Made by a program: the position numbers and the translations under genes
Notes under the pieces: generated by a model
Database searches by the model: none
Told to the model about the DNA's origin: nothing
What the model saw: only the letters and a program-made list of their open reading frames with translations
Shown: in pieces, positions 37,910-51,439 of the stretch
Position numbering within the stretch: the first letter of the stretch is position 1
Layout of the letters: each line of letters opens with the position of its first letter
Assembly: GCA_951406725.2 (NCBI GenBank)
Contig: OX597828.1
Coordinates: 66,402,001-66,466,000 of the forward strand
Origin: Octopus vulgaris
Taxonomy: Eukaryota
Length of the DNA stretch: 64,000 nt
Reading direction: 5' to 3'

Positions 37910-38076
37910 CACACACACACATATATATAGGTATGTATGTATATACATATATATATATATATACATATGTATGTATATACATATGTATGTATATACATAT
38001 GTATGTATATACATATATGTATGTATATACATATATATGTATGTATATACATATATATACATATGTATGTATATAC

Positions 38077-38107
<31 letters not shown>

Positions 38108-38108
38108 C

Positions 38109-38200
<92 letters not shown>

Positions 38201-38249
38201 ATGCATATATATATATATATGTATATATCTATATCTATCTATCTATTTA

Positions 38250-38282
<33 letters not shown>
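37910..38282. repeat. Compound TA/TACA/TC microsatellite
   Basis: Directly visible. Confidence 0.95.
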
Positions 38283-38287
38283 CGTTT

Positions 38288-38600
38288 GTATTAAACATAA
38301 ATTCGGAGAGGCACACTCTAAATTGTAGAGCAGTATATATTTTAATAGGGAAAGCCGGCTTATGGGATTACCGTGGATTTCCCGTCCGTAAAGGGTTTAT
38401 CTTTATGGCGTATCGTCAGACCCCAAAAATCTGTTGGCCTATGACCTCTTCAAAATATGGAGAGGGGAGGGGTCCACCTCCATATATTGAAGAGGTTTTA
38501 GGCCAACGGGTTTTTGGGATCTGACGATACGCCATAAAGCTAAACCCTTCATGGACGGGAAGCCCACCGTAAACTGGTCTACTCCATTAATATAATATAA
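38288..38600. mobile_element. Fold-back element family HC (copy 2)
   Basis: Same architecture. Minus motif 38364-38424, plus motif 38516-38575. Confidence 0.8.
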
Positions 38601-39050
38601 TATGTGTGTGTGTGTATCTTTTTACATCTTTTACTTGTTTCAGTCATTAGACCGTGGCTATGCTGGGGTACCGCCTTGATATATATATATATATACATTC
38701 TTTTATTCTTTTTCTTGTTTCAGTCAGTTGACTGTGGCCATGTTGGAACACCGCCTAGTCGAGGAAATCAACCCCAGGACTTATTCTTTGTAAGCCTAGT
38801 ACTTATTCTATCGGTTATTTTTGCCGAACCGCTAAGTTGCGAGTACGTAAACACACCAGCATCGGTTGTCAAGCGATGTGGGGGTGGGAACAAACAGACA
38901 CACATACATAAATATACGACGGGCTTCTTTCAGTTTCCGTCTATCGAATCCACTCACAAGGCTTTGGTTAGCCCAAGGTGCCATGCAGTGGGACTGAACC
39001 CGGAACCATGTGGTTCGTAAGTAAGCTACTTACCAGAACCACACACACAC

Positions 39051-39081
<31 letters not shown>

Positions 39082-39949
39082 ATCAGTTTAATTGGGCCAG
39101 TCCAGTTGCCTGTTACTCGGGAGTTTTCACCAAGCATTCTAAATTGATACTGAATACTTTTCCCTATCAGTATTAAGTATTTAATTATTTTATACGTAAC
39201 ACTATATCTATCCCATATATGTATGCATGCCTGCATGTCTGTACGTATGCTTGTATATATTTATGTATGCATGTCTGTACGTGTGGGTTATAAATGTTTA
39301 TAAATGTACATGGATGTGTGTATAACGTACGTGCAGAAATCCAAATATATGTATTATACTAGGTAAGTGAATTTTATTAGATATAAATAAATTAATAGGA
39401 TTGTAAAAACCAAAGTAGCTATAATTTTTTTCTTCTGAAAATCCAATGGGAATGTGTAAAGGTTTTTTGCAGTTATTCTCTGGCCAACAACTCCAATAAT
39501 TTTATGACAACTTTTGCTGACAGTAACGAAAGAATGCCCATTTTCCCTTCGTGTCGTATTTCATAGCAACAACGACTCCGACTGAGTATGCTTTACCACC
39601 ACTTTCTACCACGTAGCTCTGTCCACTCCTTATCGCCACGATGCTCTCGACTGTCGGCAACTACTATTTCTAATATCCCTATTCCCACCGCACTTAACTC
39701 CTCCGTCATCTTACAATCGTTGTGACCACCACCACCAAACCAACTATGTGCTCCATGTCCACGTTCATCGCCCGTTAGGATTACTACCGACGCAACCACC
39801 GCCATCAAGTTTCCACACTTAAAGTAACTATCACCATCACCACCACCCTCATCACACAATGCGACTATCGCCACCACCACTACCATCACCTTTATCACGC
39901 TACAACACTGAGAGATTATCCTCATCAACACACGGCATGATAAATATTT

Positions 39950-40088
39950 TCCTTTGACCACCACGACGACCATCACAAGTCCTCCTACCACTATTACTCT
40001 TTCCATTTACTCCCACCACCACACAACGCTTTTTGTTTCTCTCAACTTTACTACTACCACCACTATTACTACTACTACCACTATTACC

Positions 40089-40126
<38 letters not shown>

Positions 40127-40136
40127 CACCACCATC

Positions 40137-40174
<38 letters not shown>

Positions 40175-40240
40175 CACCACCACCACCACCATCACTACTA
40201 CTACTACCTCCACCACTACCGCCACCAATACCACCACGTC
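39950..40240. repeat. (ACT/ACC)n trinucleotide repeat
   Basis: Directly visible. Gives the poly-Thr/poly-Val ORFs. Confidence 0.92.
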
Positions 40241-40276
40241 ACAGTTCCGTCCTCTTCCTGTTCTCCTAACGCTTAC

Positions 40277-40700
40277 CGTTACCACTCTGTCATGCCCAAT
40301 GTGACTTTTGCAACTATAACACTCCTCCTCCTCCCCTTCCCTCCCTCCTTCGTCTCTCTCTCCTCCTCGCCAATGCAGTGATCTCCCTTTCTTGTCTATT
40401 GTTGTTCAGTCAAACATTTCCAGCTAAACTCGTTAGCACTGCTAACCATTTCTCTGCATGGATTCTGTTTTTGCCTCTCTCTCTCTCTCTCCTTCATGGA
40501 TTTTATAGACCAACTTCTGTTGTATCGTAAATTATAAAAAAACAAAAAACAAACATATATATATAGCTTTACCTCTAAAAAAAAATACATAACATAACAC
40601 ACAAACTCACCAACTATCTCTATTACATATATAACTTTTTTTACGTTTATGAAAAAAAAAAAATTAAGATGGAGAAAAATTAATTATTAAGCTGGCCACA
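40277..40700 (-). other. Candidate non-coding first exon of a leftward transcript
   Basis: ACG|GTAAGC donor at 40277/40276, purine-rich UTR-like sequence, just left of the double CRE. Upstream limit unknown. Confidence 0.3.
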
Positions 40701-40813
40701 AAACGTCGTCGCTGCAAAATCCCTCGCCCGTGCTTCTGTCGTGGAAACAGTGGAGAAAATATTTAAGCAAAGACATCCCAACGTATTCTTTCTTCGTTTG
40801 TGTTTTTTTCTTC

Positions 40814-40850
40814 ATGACGTCATTATGACGTCAGTGTAAATATGGCGGCC
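40814..40850 (+). promoter_or_regulatory. Tandem CRE sites plus YY1-like motif (core promoter)
   Basis: ATGACGTCAT (40814-23), TGACGTCA (40826-33), AATATGGCGGCC (40839-50). Confidence 0.7.
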
Positions 40851-40858
40851 ATCGAGAG
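40842..40858 (+). CDS. Candidate first exon (ATG GCG GCC ATC GAG AG; MAAIE+2 nt) of a rightward host gene
   Basis: AAT-ATG-G Kozak context, AG|GTAGGT donor at 40859. Could instead be a UTR exon or uORF. No downstream coding exon identified. Confidence 0.5.
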
Positions 40859-41004
40859 GTAGGTTCGCTCAGCTCTCTCTCTCTTCTCTGCATTCTATGT
40901 TTTATTAAGTGTTGCTTAGCAGCTTTTCAGAAACAAAAAGATACTTTTTTCTCAATAGCAGTTGCATCGATTTCGATTTGTTTTGCATAAATTAAAAAAA
41001 AAAT

Positions 41005-41200
41005 CCAATATATATGTGTGTATATATATATATATATGTCTAATATATATGTATGTGTCTAATATATATATATATATGTGTCTAATATATATATATATGT
41101 CTAATATATATATATATATATATGTCTAATATATATATATGTGTCTAATATATATATATATGTCTAATATATATTATATATATATGTATGTATGTTTAAT
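41005..41200. repeat. Minisatellite GTCTAA(TA)n
   Basis: About seven GTCTAATATAT.. units visible. Confidence 0.9.
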
Positions 41201-44200
41201 ATACCTATATTATATATGTGTGTGTATGTATTTGTTATATTTGTTGGATATTTAAATTGGAAAGGGACTAAACACATTACTCCAGGTCGTACTCATCCTG
41301 CAGGCATGATCAAAGGCGTTCTGGCCGTGACAAACCCATTTTTTTGTGTGTATCTATATATATTTGTTTAAATCGTTAGTATGTTATTTGCGGGGAACTT
41401 GGTTGCTATTTTCAACACATCAAGTAAACTATGTAAGCGGCTCCCCATATCTGTGTATGAGTAAAACCCATCGAAATATTTCGTGCTGTTAAAGTAATTC
41501 ATGTTATGTCCAACTCGTCAGTTAGGACCCAGCTGATAATAAATGGCATAAATGAAAATTGTTGCTTGTAGTGCAGTTTTTTTTACTGTTATTTCTATTT
41601 CGATTATAAAACAAAGAAAACGAAAATTATTTAATTTGTAATTAAGCTTCCCCAAACTTTTTGTTGGCTACATGTAGTTGATAAATACATATATATATAT
41701 ATTTCAATGCCCCGATTGTTGGGCAAAAGCATCAATTATACTTTCCTTTCTCAAACTCTTTACGACTTGGTTTATTCTAAGCATGGCATGTGTGTGTGTA
41801 TATATATATATACTCTCTTTCTCTCTCTCTCTCTTTACTATATATATAATATATAATAATATATATATAATATAATATATTATATATAATAATAATAATA
41901 TTAGGGAGTATGGCTCCAAACTTACAGGGAGAAATTAGATTTAGTATTAAATCAAATTTCACAGTATAAATATATATATATTAGTTGCCTAATAGTGGTT
42001 TTTATCTCTAATTCATATTATATATATATATATATTTACACATACGCGTGTGGTAATTGCCATTCGTGTATCGTGTTTTCAAATATACACGTAGCGACTG
42101 TTGATTTCTTTTTTCCGTATTTTAATTTTATCTTATGTTCTCCATTCGAAATTGATAAAATAATTTCTCCATATTGTTTATTGTCGTAAACATTTTGTTT
42201 TAGTTTCAGAACACTTGATCGATTATTACAATAGGCGTAATTCAACTTTTGGGACCATCACAGTACTTGATAGGCGTTCGATAGATAGATCTCTCCCTGA
42301 TATCGATCGCTAATGATTTCTATATTTTATATAAAATGCCTTACAACATTTCTTAAAGTCACTTTGCTTTGCCGAGTTCAAATCCTACCTTGGTGGACGT
42401 TGACTTTCAAACTTCGTTGAATTTAATGGATCAAACCCGTCTGTTCTTTCGGGCTTGACGAAACAAACACAAGCCAAATTCTGGTGTCAATATAAATTGC
42501 TTCTAGAGGTGGCGAGCTGGCCGAATGGTTAGCACGCCGGCGAAAATACTTAGCGGCATTTCGTCCGTCTTTGTATTCTGAGTTCGAATTCTGCCGAGGC
42601 CGACTTTACTTTTCATCCTATCGGGGTCGATAAAATAAGTACCAGTTACGCACTGGGCTCGACGTAATCGACCACTCCTCTGCCCCGAAGTTGCTGGCCT
42701 TGTGCCGATCTGAGAGAAATTATCATGTCATTCGTAACTTACGTGTTGCATTAATCACTTTCTTTTTTGTAGTGAGCAAACAAAATGTTTCGAAGTTATA
42801 TGCTAGCAGGACAAAAAGCTGACTTCGAATATATATATTTTATAATTAGGGTTCAGCAAAGAATTGCTTTACCACATACCGAAGTTTAGAAATAGCAGCC
42901 AGAGAACTTGGTGAAATTATTGATTACTAGTTAGTTAATTAATTAATTAATTTTTTACCCTTTGTTATTATATATACACACACACACACACACACATATA
43001 TATATCATTGTGTGTGTGTATGTGGCTTGTTCGTTTTCGGATTCTTCGACATGTAGCCGGTCCCTCTAGGCATAACACACACACGCACATAATTAAGACG
43101 TATTTTTAGTGCTCGAGTTAATTGTACATCCGTTTCGTGTTAAAGTTATTTTTCTTGAGGTGCTTCATCACTCTTCCGTACATCTATGTACAATACACAT
43201 TTACACAAAACAAAACATGTTCTACATACACAATACATGATTCATTTTTAAAATATCAAATATTGTAAGCCATTACCAAATATTAAAAGTGACGGAAGTA
43301 AAACGAAATAATTTATAATTCGAGTTGTCAAATGTAACAAGTGCGCCGGAGAAAATGCCTTGCGGTATTTAATCACATCCCTTTTATGCTATAAGTTTAG
43401 ATCCCTCTGGGTTAATTCTACTTTTCATCTCTCCTAAGTAAAAAAACAAAAATGTGCCCTTCTACCAAGGTTAGAAACCGTCGTAATGTTAAGGTTTATG
43501 TTCGTAAAACAAATTCACGAAGTTGTGTTGTATTAAGGAAAAGTTATAGGATTACAGATCTATGATGGATCGATTGACCAAACGCGTCAGATCGCTTGAA
43601 ATATTTTCATTTTCTTTTTTCGTGATTATTTTTATATCGATTATTCGTTTTGATTGAAATATACGATGTTTTTTTTTTAAGTAGAAAATCAAATCTGCTT
43701 TATCGAACAGATCTATGATCTCAGATGTTTGACCCCCTTTATTTTGTGTATCTAGAACTACTGTGTCTTTGTTTATTAAAATCTTAGGATTAAATGTAGA
43801 TCGCTAATAATTAAACGTTATTTATGTTATTTCTTTATTTAAACAGAATTTTCCATTTTGTGAGTTTCATGATTTATTTTGCGTATTTTAAACTAAATTG
43901 CCAATATCGTTATTTATCGAATAATACATCAATACATCAACGTCGCAATAAATTTGTAGATAGGTATTCAATGAAGATATCTTTATTAGAAAATATTGTT
44001 CAACCTGGATGATTCTCTCTCTCGTTTACTTTGGTAACAATTTAAGAACGCTTTATTTCAATTATTTCATTTAACTTGAAGAGTTTAGAAGTTAGACATC
44101 AACCAAAACTTAATAAATATATCTTTCTTGTCAATTTAACTTCTTACGTAGTATAAAAATGTTTTGTGTTAGATTTTCGTCATTTGAATTAGCTGAAAAT

Positions 44201-45708
44201 ATGTAATGAATATAGCTAGTCCCTTTCCCCAAAATTTCAGACCTTGTGTCTATAGTAAAAAGGATTATTATTGTCCCTTTATTTTTTAATTAATTTTTGT
44301 CAGCCCTTGTGGCCAACAAACGAATTAATTATTATTATTATAATTATTATTATTCAGGCGGCGAATCGGCAGAATCGTTTAGCACGTCGAGAAAAATGCT
44401 TAGCGGCATTTTGTCCGTCCTTACATTCTGAGTTCAAATTCCGCCGAGGTCGACTTTGCCTTTCGTCCTTTCAGGGCTGATAAATTAAGTTTCAGTGAAG
44501 CATTGGTGTCGATGTAATCGACTTGCCCCCTCCCCGCAAATTTTAAGCCTTGTGCCTTTAGTAGAAGGGATTATTATTATCATCATCATAATTAAGGGAA
44601 ATGATCAAATTAGTTGGACTTTCTCATTCAACATTTCTTTTCCTTCCTTCTTTCATCAAGAAGACCTCTTTTTTAAAACTTTAATTGTAGATTTTCATTA
44701 AACGTAGCTAGAAGTTTAACAAATGCTTGGTCTGACAGCATTCGGTTATAAATTACATGATTTATATAAAATATTCTCACAGAAATGTAAAACATTCTCA
44801 GAAACGTTACCCCCCACCTCCTAGTGACATCTAAAGGGGCTATTGACCTTTCTTCTTTTAAAGTAGCTAATTCCTAAAATACAAATTATTCAGTTTAGTT
44901 GGATGTTGTTTTTATGTTTAGTCTTTTATGAATAATAGCACCGTTTGGTTACAGCTTCACAAGCCAGCAGGCTGTTTGCTGCTTCGCTGCATTTCTGATC
45001 ATCTCTGGGAAGGGAGTGTCTATGCTACTATCATACAGAATATTTTTGTCCTGTGCACAGGATTAAACAGCATCCTTGTTGATGTGTATATCTTTCACAC
45101 ACACTCACACACAAGTAATGAAGTATTCAAGAATTGTGTCCATTCACGAACAATTTGAGAGATGAAACCGATTCTATAACATTCCTTGCGTTGTTCAGCT
45201 ACGTTGTTTATTTCACTTGTAATATTAGGTAAACATTGTGTACAATTAATTTTAAATAATTACGTGTGTGTGTGTATGTGTGTAATTATGATGATGATCA
45301 TTACTGTCGTCATTTAAAACACCCTCATTTCCATGGTTGTTTAGACAGAATTCATTGAAGCTGCTTTTCATGACCAAATATCCTTCCTCTCACTAATCCT
45401 CATCTGTTTCCAAGCAAGGTGTTAGTTTCCTTTGGACGTTTACACAGAAAATTGGAAATGAAAGCCTCCCACTTTTATATGATGTTGATATTCATTTACA
45501 ACTATTAGGTGATGTCAAGACAAGGAGACACGAATGCATGTGCACACACACACACACACACACTTCATGGGCTTCCTCCAGTTTCTATCTATCTACCAAA
45601 TCCACTCACAAGCGGAAGACACTTGCTTGAAGTCGATTGAACTTGAAACCATGTGTTTTGGAAGCAAATATCTTAACCACACAACCATGCCTCCACCCAT
45701 GACTGTTT

Positions 45709-45744
<36 letters not shown>

Positions 45745-47308
45745 GGTGCAAGCATGGCTGTGTGGTAAGAAGCCTGCTTCCTAACCACATGATTCTGAGT
45801 TCAGTCCCACTGCTTGGCACATTGGGCAAGTGTCATCTACTATAGCCTCAGGCCAACCAAAGCCTTGTGAGTGGATTTGGTAGGCAGAAACTGAAAGAAG
45901 CCCGTCGAATATTTATGTAAATAGGTATATACCTGTGTGTGTTTGTTTGTCCCTCCATCACCACTTGACAACCAGTGTTGGCATGTTTACGTCCCCATAA
46001 CTTAGTGGTTTGACAAAAGAGTCCAAGAGAAAAATTACTTGGCTTAAAAAATAAGTCCTAGGAGTTGATTTGTTTGACTAAAATCCTTCAAGGTGATGCT
46101 CCGGCATGATCACAGTCAAATAACTGATACAAGTAAAAAGAATATATATATATATATATACAAGATAAGAAAATGGAGAAATACATCTAAATCAAATATC
46201 AATTACCAGATAATGCTCAATCACATACTTTATTAAACCACCACATAAGAGACTAGGGTTAAATATAAAAAGCAGAACAAATCAGTGTACATAAAGGAAT
46301 GTACATAAAAAAGTGTACATAAAAGAGTAATGTTGTATAATAATTAGAATATATATAAAAAAGAATATATATGTATATATATATATACACATACATATCT
46401 AAAATAAGTTGCAAAAATTAAAAGAAAACTCACAAGACATGAATGTACTCTTTTCTCGTCAGTTATCATCCAAAAAATCATTTCAATTTCACACTTCAAT
46501 AATATTGTTCGTTTTTGGTGGTATCAGCAGTGAAAAGCTGATGAGAATTAGTGAATGGATGCTGAGTACAGTGACAAAAAAGAAAGAAAAAAAGCAACAC
46601 ATAAATGTGAATATGCAAACAAAATAAATATGCAATATATGTACATACATACATATCTGTGAAATAGGAAAGTAAGCATTAGGTCTTAAGTATCTTATCT
46701 TATGGAGTGGGATCAAATGGAAGAGATTAAGATCAAGAGATTTGATGGACAGTGGCTAGTATTTAATTTGGGGTAGCAGTGTAAGAGGAGGAGATTAGGG
46801 ATGGAGTGAAAGAAAGGAATAGAGTAGTTGCAGGGAGGTACTATGAATATACAAAGGTTTGGAAGTTTACATTGGTCGGGGAAGCTGGAAACACCAACTT
46901 TTTCTCAGCATAAAAGCAAAGATGTACATACAAAGGTACACAAACACACACACATATCTATAATATATTTTATGATTTATCAATTACTTGTTACAGTCAT
47001 TAGGCTGCAGCCATACTGGGGTACCACTTCAAAGGTTTTTTAGTTGAATAAATCAACCCCAGTGCTTATTTTTTAAAGCCTGAAACTTATTCTGTCAGGT
47101 TCTTTTGCCAAACCACTAAGTCACAAGGATGTAAACAAACCAACATTGGTAGTAAAATGGTGGGGAGTCAGGCACAAACACAAAAAGATGCACAGCATAT
47201 ATTCGACAGGCTTATTTCAGTTTCCATCTAACAAATGCACTTGCAAGCTTTTGGTCATTGCAAAGCTACAGCAGAAGATACCTGCCTAAAGTGCCATATA
47301 CATACAAC

Positions 47309-47343
<35 letters not shown>

Positions 47344-47351
47344 TACATATA

Positions 47352-48062
47352 CAGGGTGTGGTGAATAAATGGCCGTCTAAATTATGCAAAAATGAAAATA
47401 ACACTAACATCTCATTTTAACAGATATATTTACCAAAATTACATAAAATTGCCATTGGCTTCAACCATGGCCTCCAGACGACTTCAGAATCGCTTGCATC
47501 TCTTCTGGATGTTCTCCTTGTTTAAGTTAGTGAAAGCTGACATAATCCTTGCCTTCAGTTCATCTTTGTGTTACAAGGAATTTTGTTGGTCTCTCGCTCA
47601 GCTGTGGCCCGCACATAATAATCAAGGGGGCTGCAGTCTGGGGAGTTAGGTGGCCAGATGTTAGGGGTGATGTGGACACAGAAATTGTCTGACAGCCATG
47701 ACTGGAATCTCCTGCTTGTGTGGCATGATGCAGAGTCCTGTTGCTAGACATAGGGTCTTCCAGCAGCCACCCTCTTGACCCAGAGCAGCACTTACCTCCT
47801 CCAGGCACTTGATGTAGACCTCTATGTGAAACTGAGGCCATGTGGGAAAATGAATAGAGACATAACGTCACCATCACTAGTGATCACTCCAAACGCCATG
47901 ATGTTGACTGGATGTTTGATTTTTATCACTCTTGGTACATGTTTTGGGGACTCAAATTGACACCCAACACTCTGAAATGTTCATATTGGAGTTTCCAGCA
48001 CAAATGCCAAGCAGCATAGCATGTTGTTCTGATATTTCTGGCAGAGTGAATTGCACCATGGT
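47352..48062 (-). mobile_element. DD37D (maT) transposon remnant with one TIR
   Basis: TA|CAGGGTGTGGTGAATAAA end. QQDSASCHTSRRFQSWLSDNFCVHITPNIWPPNSPDCSPLDYY with 37 residues between D and D. Confidence 0.85.
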
Positions 48063-48063
48063 G

Positions 48064-48100
<37 letters not shown>

Positions 48101-48199
48101 TTTTCACCATGTTGAAGTATTAATCCGTACACATTTTTTTTATCTTCATTCTTTTTCATTCTCCTTTTTTTCCATTCTCCTTTTTTTCTTCTTCTTAAT

Positions 48200-48330
48200 C
48201 CTTTCTATCAAAGAGCATAGGCTCGAAATGTAAAAAAAAAACTTTTACATTCTTCTCAAGCATTAAACTAATACACCTGCTTGTTGTTACTACACCTGTC
48301 TTCATCTTTTCTTTTCTGTAAATTTGAACT
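48200..48330 (+). mobile_element. Penelope pLTR-like fragment with degenerate minimal hammerhead (family HD)
   Basis: CTTT-CTATCAA-A-GAGC ATAG GCTC-GAAAT-GTA-AAAA. Ends in TA-rich sequence. Confidence 0.55.
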
Positions 48331-48964
48331 ATATATACATATATATGTAAATATATTGTTTATTTAGGGATGGGCATGGTTAAGACATTCACCTCCCAAC
48401 TACATGGCATCTTGGGAAAGTGTCTTGTATAACCTCAGGCTGACCAAACCTTGTGAGTGGATTTGATAGATGGAAACTGAAAGAAGCCCGTCATGTGTGT
48501 ATGAAATGAATGTCTAACTCATCAGAGAATACATTAGAAAACAGCTTGTGAAGTTGTTTGTAGCTAAAGCTGAAATTATTAGCTACTATAAAATATTTTC
48601 ACAAAATAGAATTCCTTGGAAACAGTTTTTATTCTGCATGGAAACAATAAGAACGTTCTTTCTATTCTCTCAATTCTTAATCTAGTAATTTTCTATGAAG
48701 AAAAGAATTTCCTCCAGACTGTAATTATTTCCATCTTTAATGAAATGTTGTATTTCATGAATGTTTATTAAGTCACAGATTATGTCATGCAAATATTTCT
48801 ATAAAAGAATGAATTAGTGTTATATGTGATTATCAATGACTAGAAATTTTTAGAACAAAAAGAAAAACATTAAATGTGAGTTCAATCCATCTTTTTCCAT
48901 ATAATTCTGAAATTTTGATTTCAAATTTCTCATCCTGCTTGAACTATTGAGAAATGTTTATTTC

Positions 48965-50410
48965 CCGAGGGTTGACAACGAATATAGTGAAGAATTCTGG
49001 GTAGAAGTAGGGATTCATCAAGGATCAGTCCTCAGCCCCTCCATCTTGTTCATCATAGTCCTCCAGGCAATAACAGAGGAATTCAAGACAGGATGCACCT
49101 GGGAGCTTCTCTATGCTGATGACCTTGCTCTAACAGCTGAGTCACTATCAGAACTAGAGGAAAAGTTCCAGGTGTAGAAGCAAGGTCTAGAATTTGAAGG
49201 GCTTTAGAGTCAGTCTAGCAAAAACCAAAGTCTTAATAAGTAGGAAGGCAGACAAATCACAAATCTCTTCAGGTAGATGGCCTGCTTGATCTGTAGGAAA
49301 GGTCTAGGTAGAAACTCTATAAGATGTACCCAGTGTAAGCTATGGACACACAAGAGGTGCTGCAATATCAAAGGAAGGTTAACTGGGAAGATAGCTTTTG
49401 TGTGTGGCAGATGCACAGGGGCAATAAACACCGAAGATGTTCAGAAAACAGATTCCATCACATGCCAGAGGGGAAAACTAGAAGTAGTTGATAGCTTCCG
49501 TTACCCAGGTTGCCAAGTCAGTAGTGGGGGGTGGATGCTCTGAGAGCATAGCTGCTAGAATAAGAATAACCTGGGCCAAGTTCAGAGAGCTCCTACCTCT
49601 GCTGGTAACAAAGTGCTTCTTGCTCAGAGTGAAAGGTAGACTGTATATGAAGCATGTGTGTGAACAGCTATGTTACATGGCAGTGAGACATAGGCTGTGA
49701 CTGCTGAGGACATGCGTAGGTTTGAAAGAAATAAAGCTAATATACTCTGTTGGATGTGTAATGTCAGTGTGCATACACGACAGAGTGTAAGCACCCTGAG
49801 AGAAAAGTTGGACATAAGAAACATCAAATGTGGTGTGCAGGAGAGACAACTGTGCTGGTATGGTCATGTGTTGCATATGGAAGAGGACAGCCACATGAAA
49901 AAGTATCACACCCTAACATTGGAGGGAACCTGTAGAAGAGGTAGACCCAGAAAGACATGGGATGAGGTGGTGAAGCATGACCATTGAACATTGGGGCTCA
50001 CAGAGGCAATGACAAGCAACCAAGATCTTTGGAGATATGCTGTGAGATTGTAGCTGTGGCCAATGCCAGTGTCGCATAACCGGTCCATTTAAAAGTACCC
50101 TTCAATTGTCAGGCAATATGCTGTGCTTGAGAAGACCTGTTGAGTCAAGTGAAATTATAGTCATGGCCAATGCCACCTGACTGGCACGTAAAAAGCACCA
50201 TTTGAGTGTGGCTGATGCCAGTGCCACCTGATTGGATCCCATGCTGGTGGCATGTAAAAATCACCCACTACACTCTTGGAGTGATTGACATTAGGAAGGG
50301 CATCCAGCTGTAGAAACCTTGCCAAATCAGATAGGAGACTGGTGCAGCCATCTGGCTTGCCAGTCCTCAGTGAAACTGTCCAAAGTGGATGTTAAGCGAT
50401 GATGATGATG
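48965..50410 (+). mobile_element. 5'-truncated RTE LINE (family R) with PHD-like finger inside RT
   Basis: VGIHQGSVLSP..LLYADDLAL; CLICRKGLGRNSIRCTQCKLWTHKRC..FVCGRC; LEVVDSFRY; WYGHVLHM..RGRPRKTWDEVV; 3' UTR and (GAT)n. Confidence 0.92.
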
Positions 50411-51439
50411 TGTGTGTGTGTGTGAGTGACTGAGTTTGTATTTCTCAAGTTCACACTTTCGTTTGTTGGTTTGTGAAGAATAGCTTCTCTAATAACAGTG
50501 TCACTATTAAAGTATATCCTGCCTTCTTGCCAGATGTACAATCTTTGTAAGCAAAACGCTTATTTCATGTCCTTTGTTTCCTGTTCTCTACATAAATATA
50601 TCTGGGCTGTTTGTTGTTTAGTAGACTGTGAGGTTATTACCTCATTTGGCATCAGGAAGGGCAACCAGATGTGAAAAACTCTTCCCCAGCATACTCTTGT
50701 GTGACCCATGCAAGCAAGGAAAAGTAGACATTAAAAGGATACTACTGATACTCCAGAGCAATGATGTAGTCAGCTCCATTTCAGCATCCCATTTTGACAA
50801 AGTGGGTGGGAGACATAACTGATTGCATATACATCATTGACTTCATTTACAAGAACTTAATGGCTGTCAAGTGTGCTCATGTGTGTGCTTGAGCGCTCTT
50901 AATAGCCATTCTCCTCTCTTATGCTGGCGTTGATCAAAGCCAGATTATAATTTAAGTCAATGGTGTATGTACATCCTATTCCTCCTCTTTCCCCATCATC
51001 ATCAGGATGGTGGTGTCAAAATCCGTTGTTCATTGTTATTTTATCTGAGTGACCACCTACAATGCAGAAGAACTCAGACAGAGAGAGCAGTAGTTACCCA
51101 GTGTAACAGGCCACTAGATCAACCTATTGAACTACTGCTGTCTATGTCTGTATCGTGTACTTATATTCATTACTGGCCCCTGTACCAGTGGCACGTAAAA
51201 AGCACCCACTACACTCAAGGAGTGGTTGGCGTTAGGAAGGGCATCCGCTGTAGAAACACTGCCAGATCAGACTGGAGCCTGGTGCAGCCTCCTGGCTTCC
51301 CAGACCCCCTTTCGAACCGTCCAACCCATGCTAGCATGGAAAACGGACATTAAACGATGATGATAATGATATGCACATACACACACAATAATACATGTGA
51401 GTACATCACTACATATATGCACATACACAATAATACATG

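Noticed and set aside
39954-40304. Mucin-like poly-Thr ORF
   Set aside because: (ACT/ACC)n microsatellite open in several frames, with no signal peptide or splice support.
42508-42600. tRNA gene
   Set aside because: A and B boxes are present but there is no cloverleaf, and it continues into the SINE A body.
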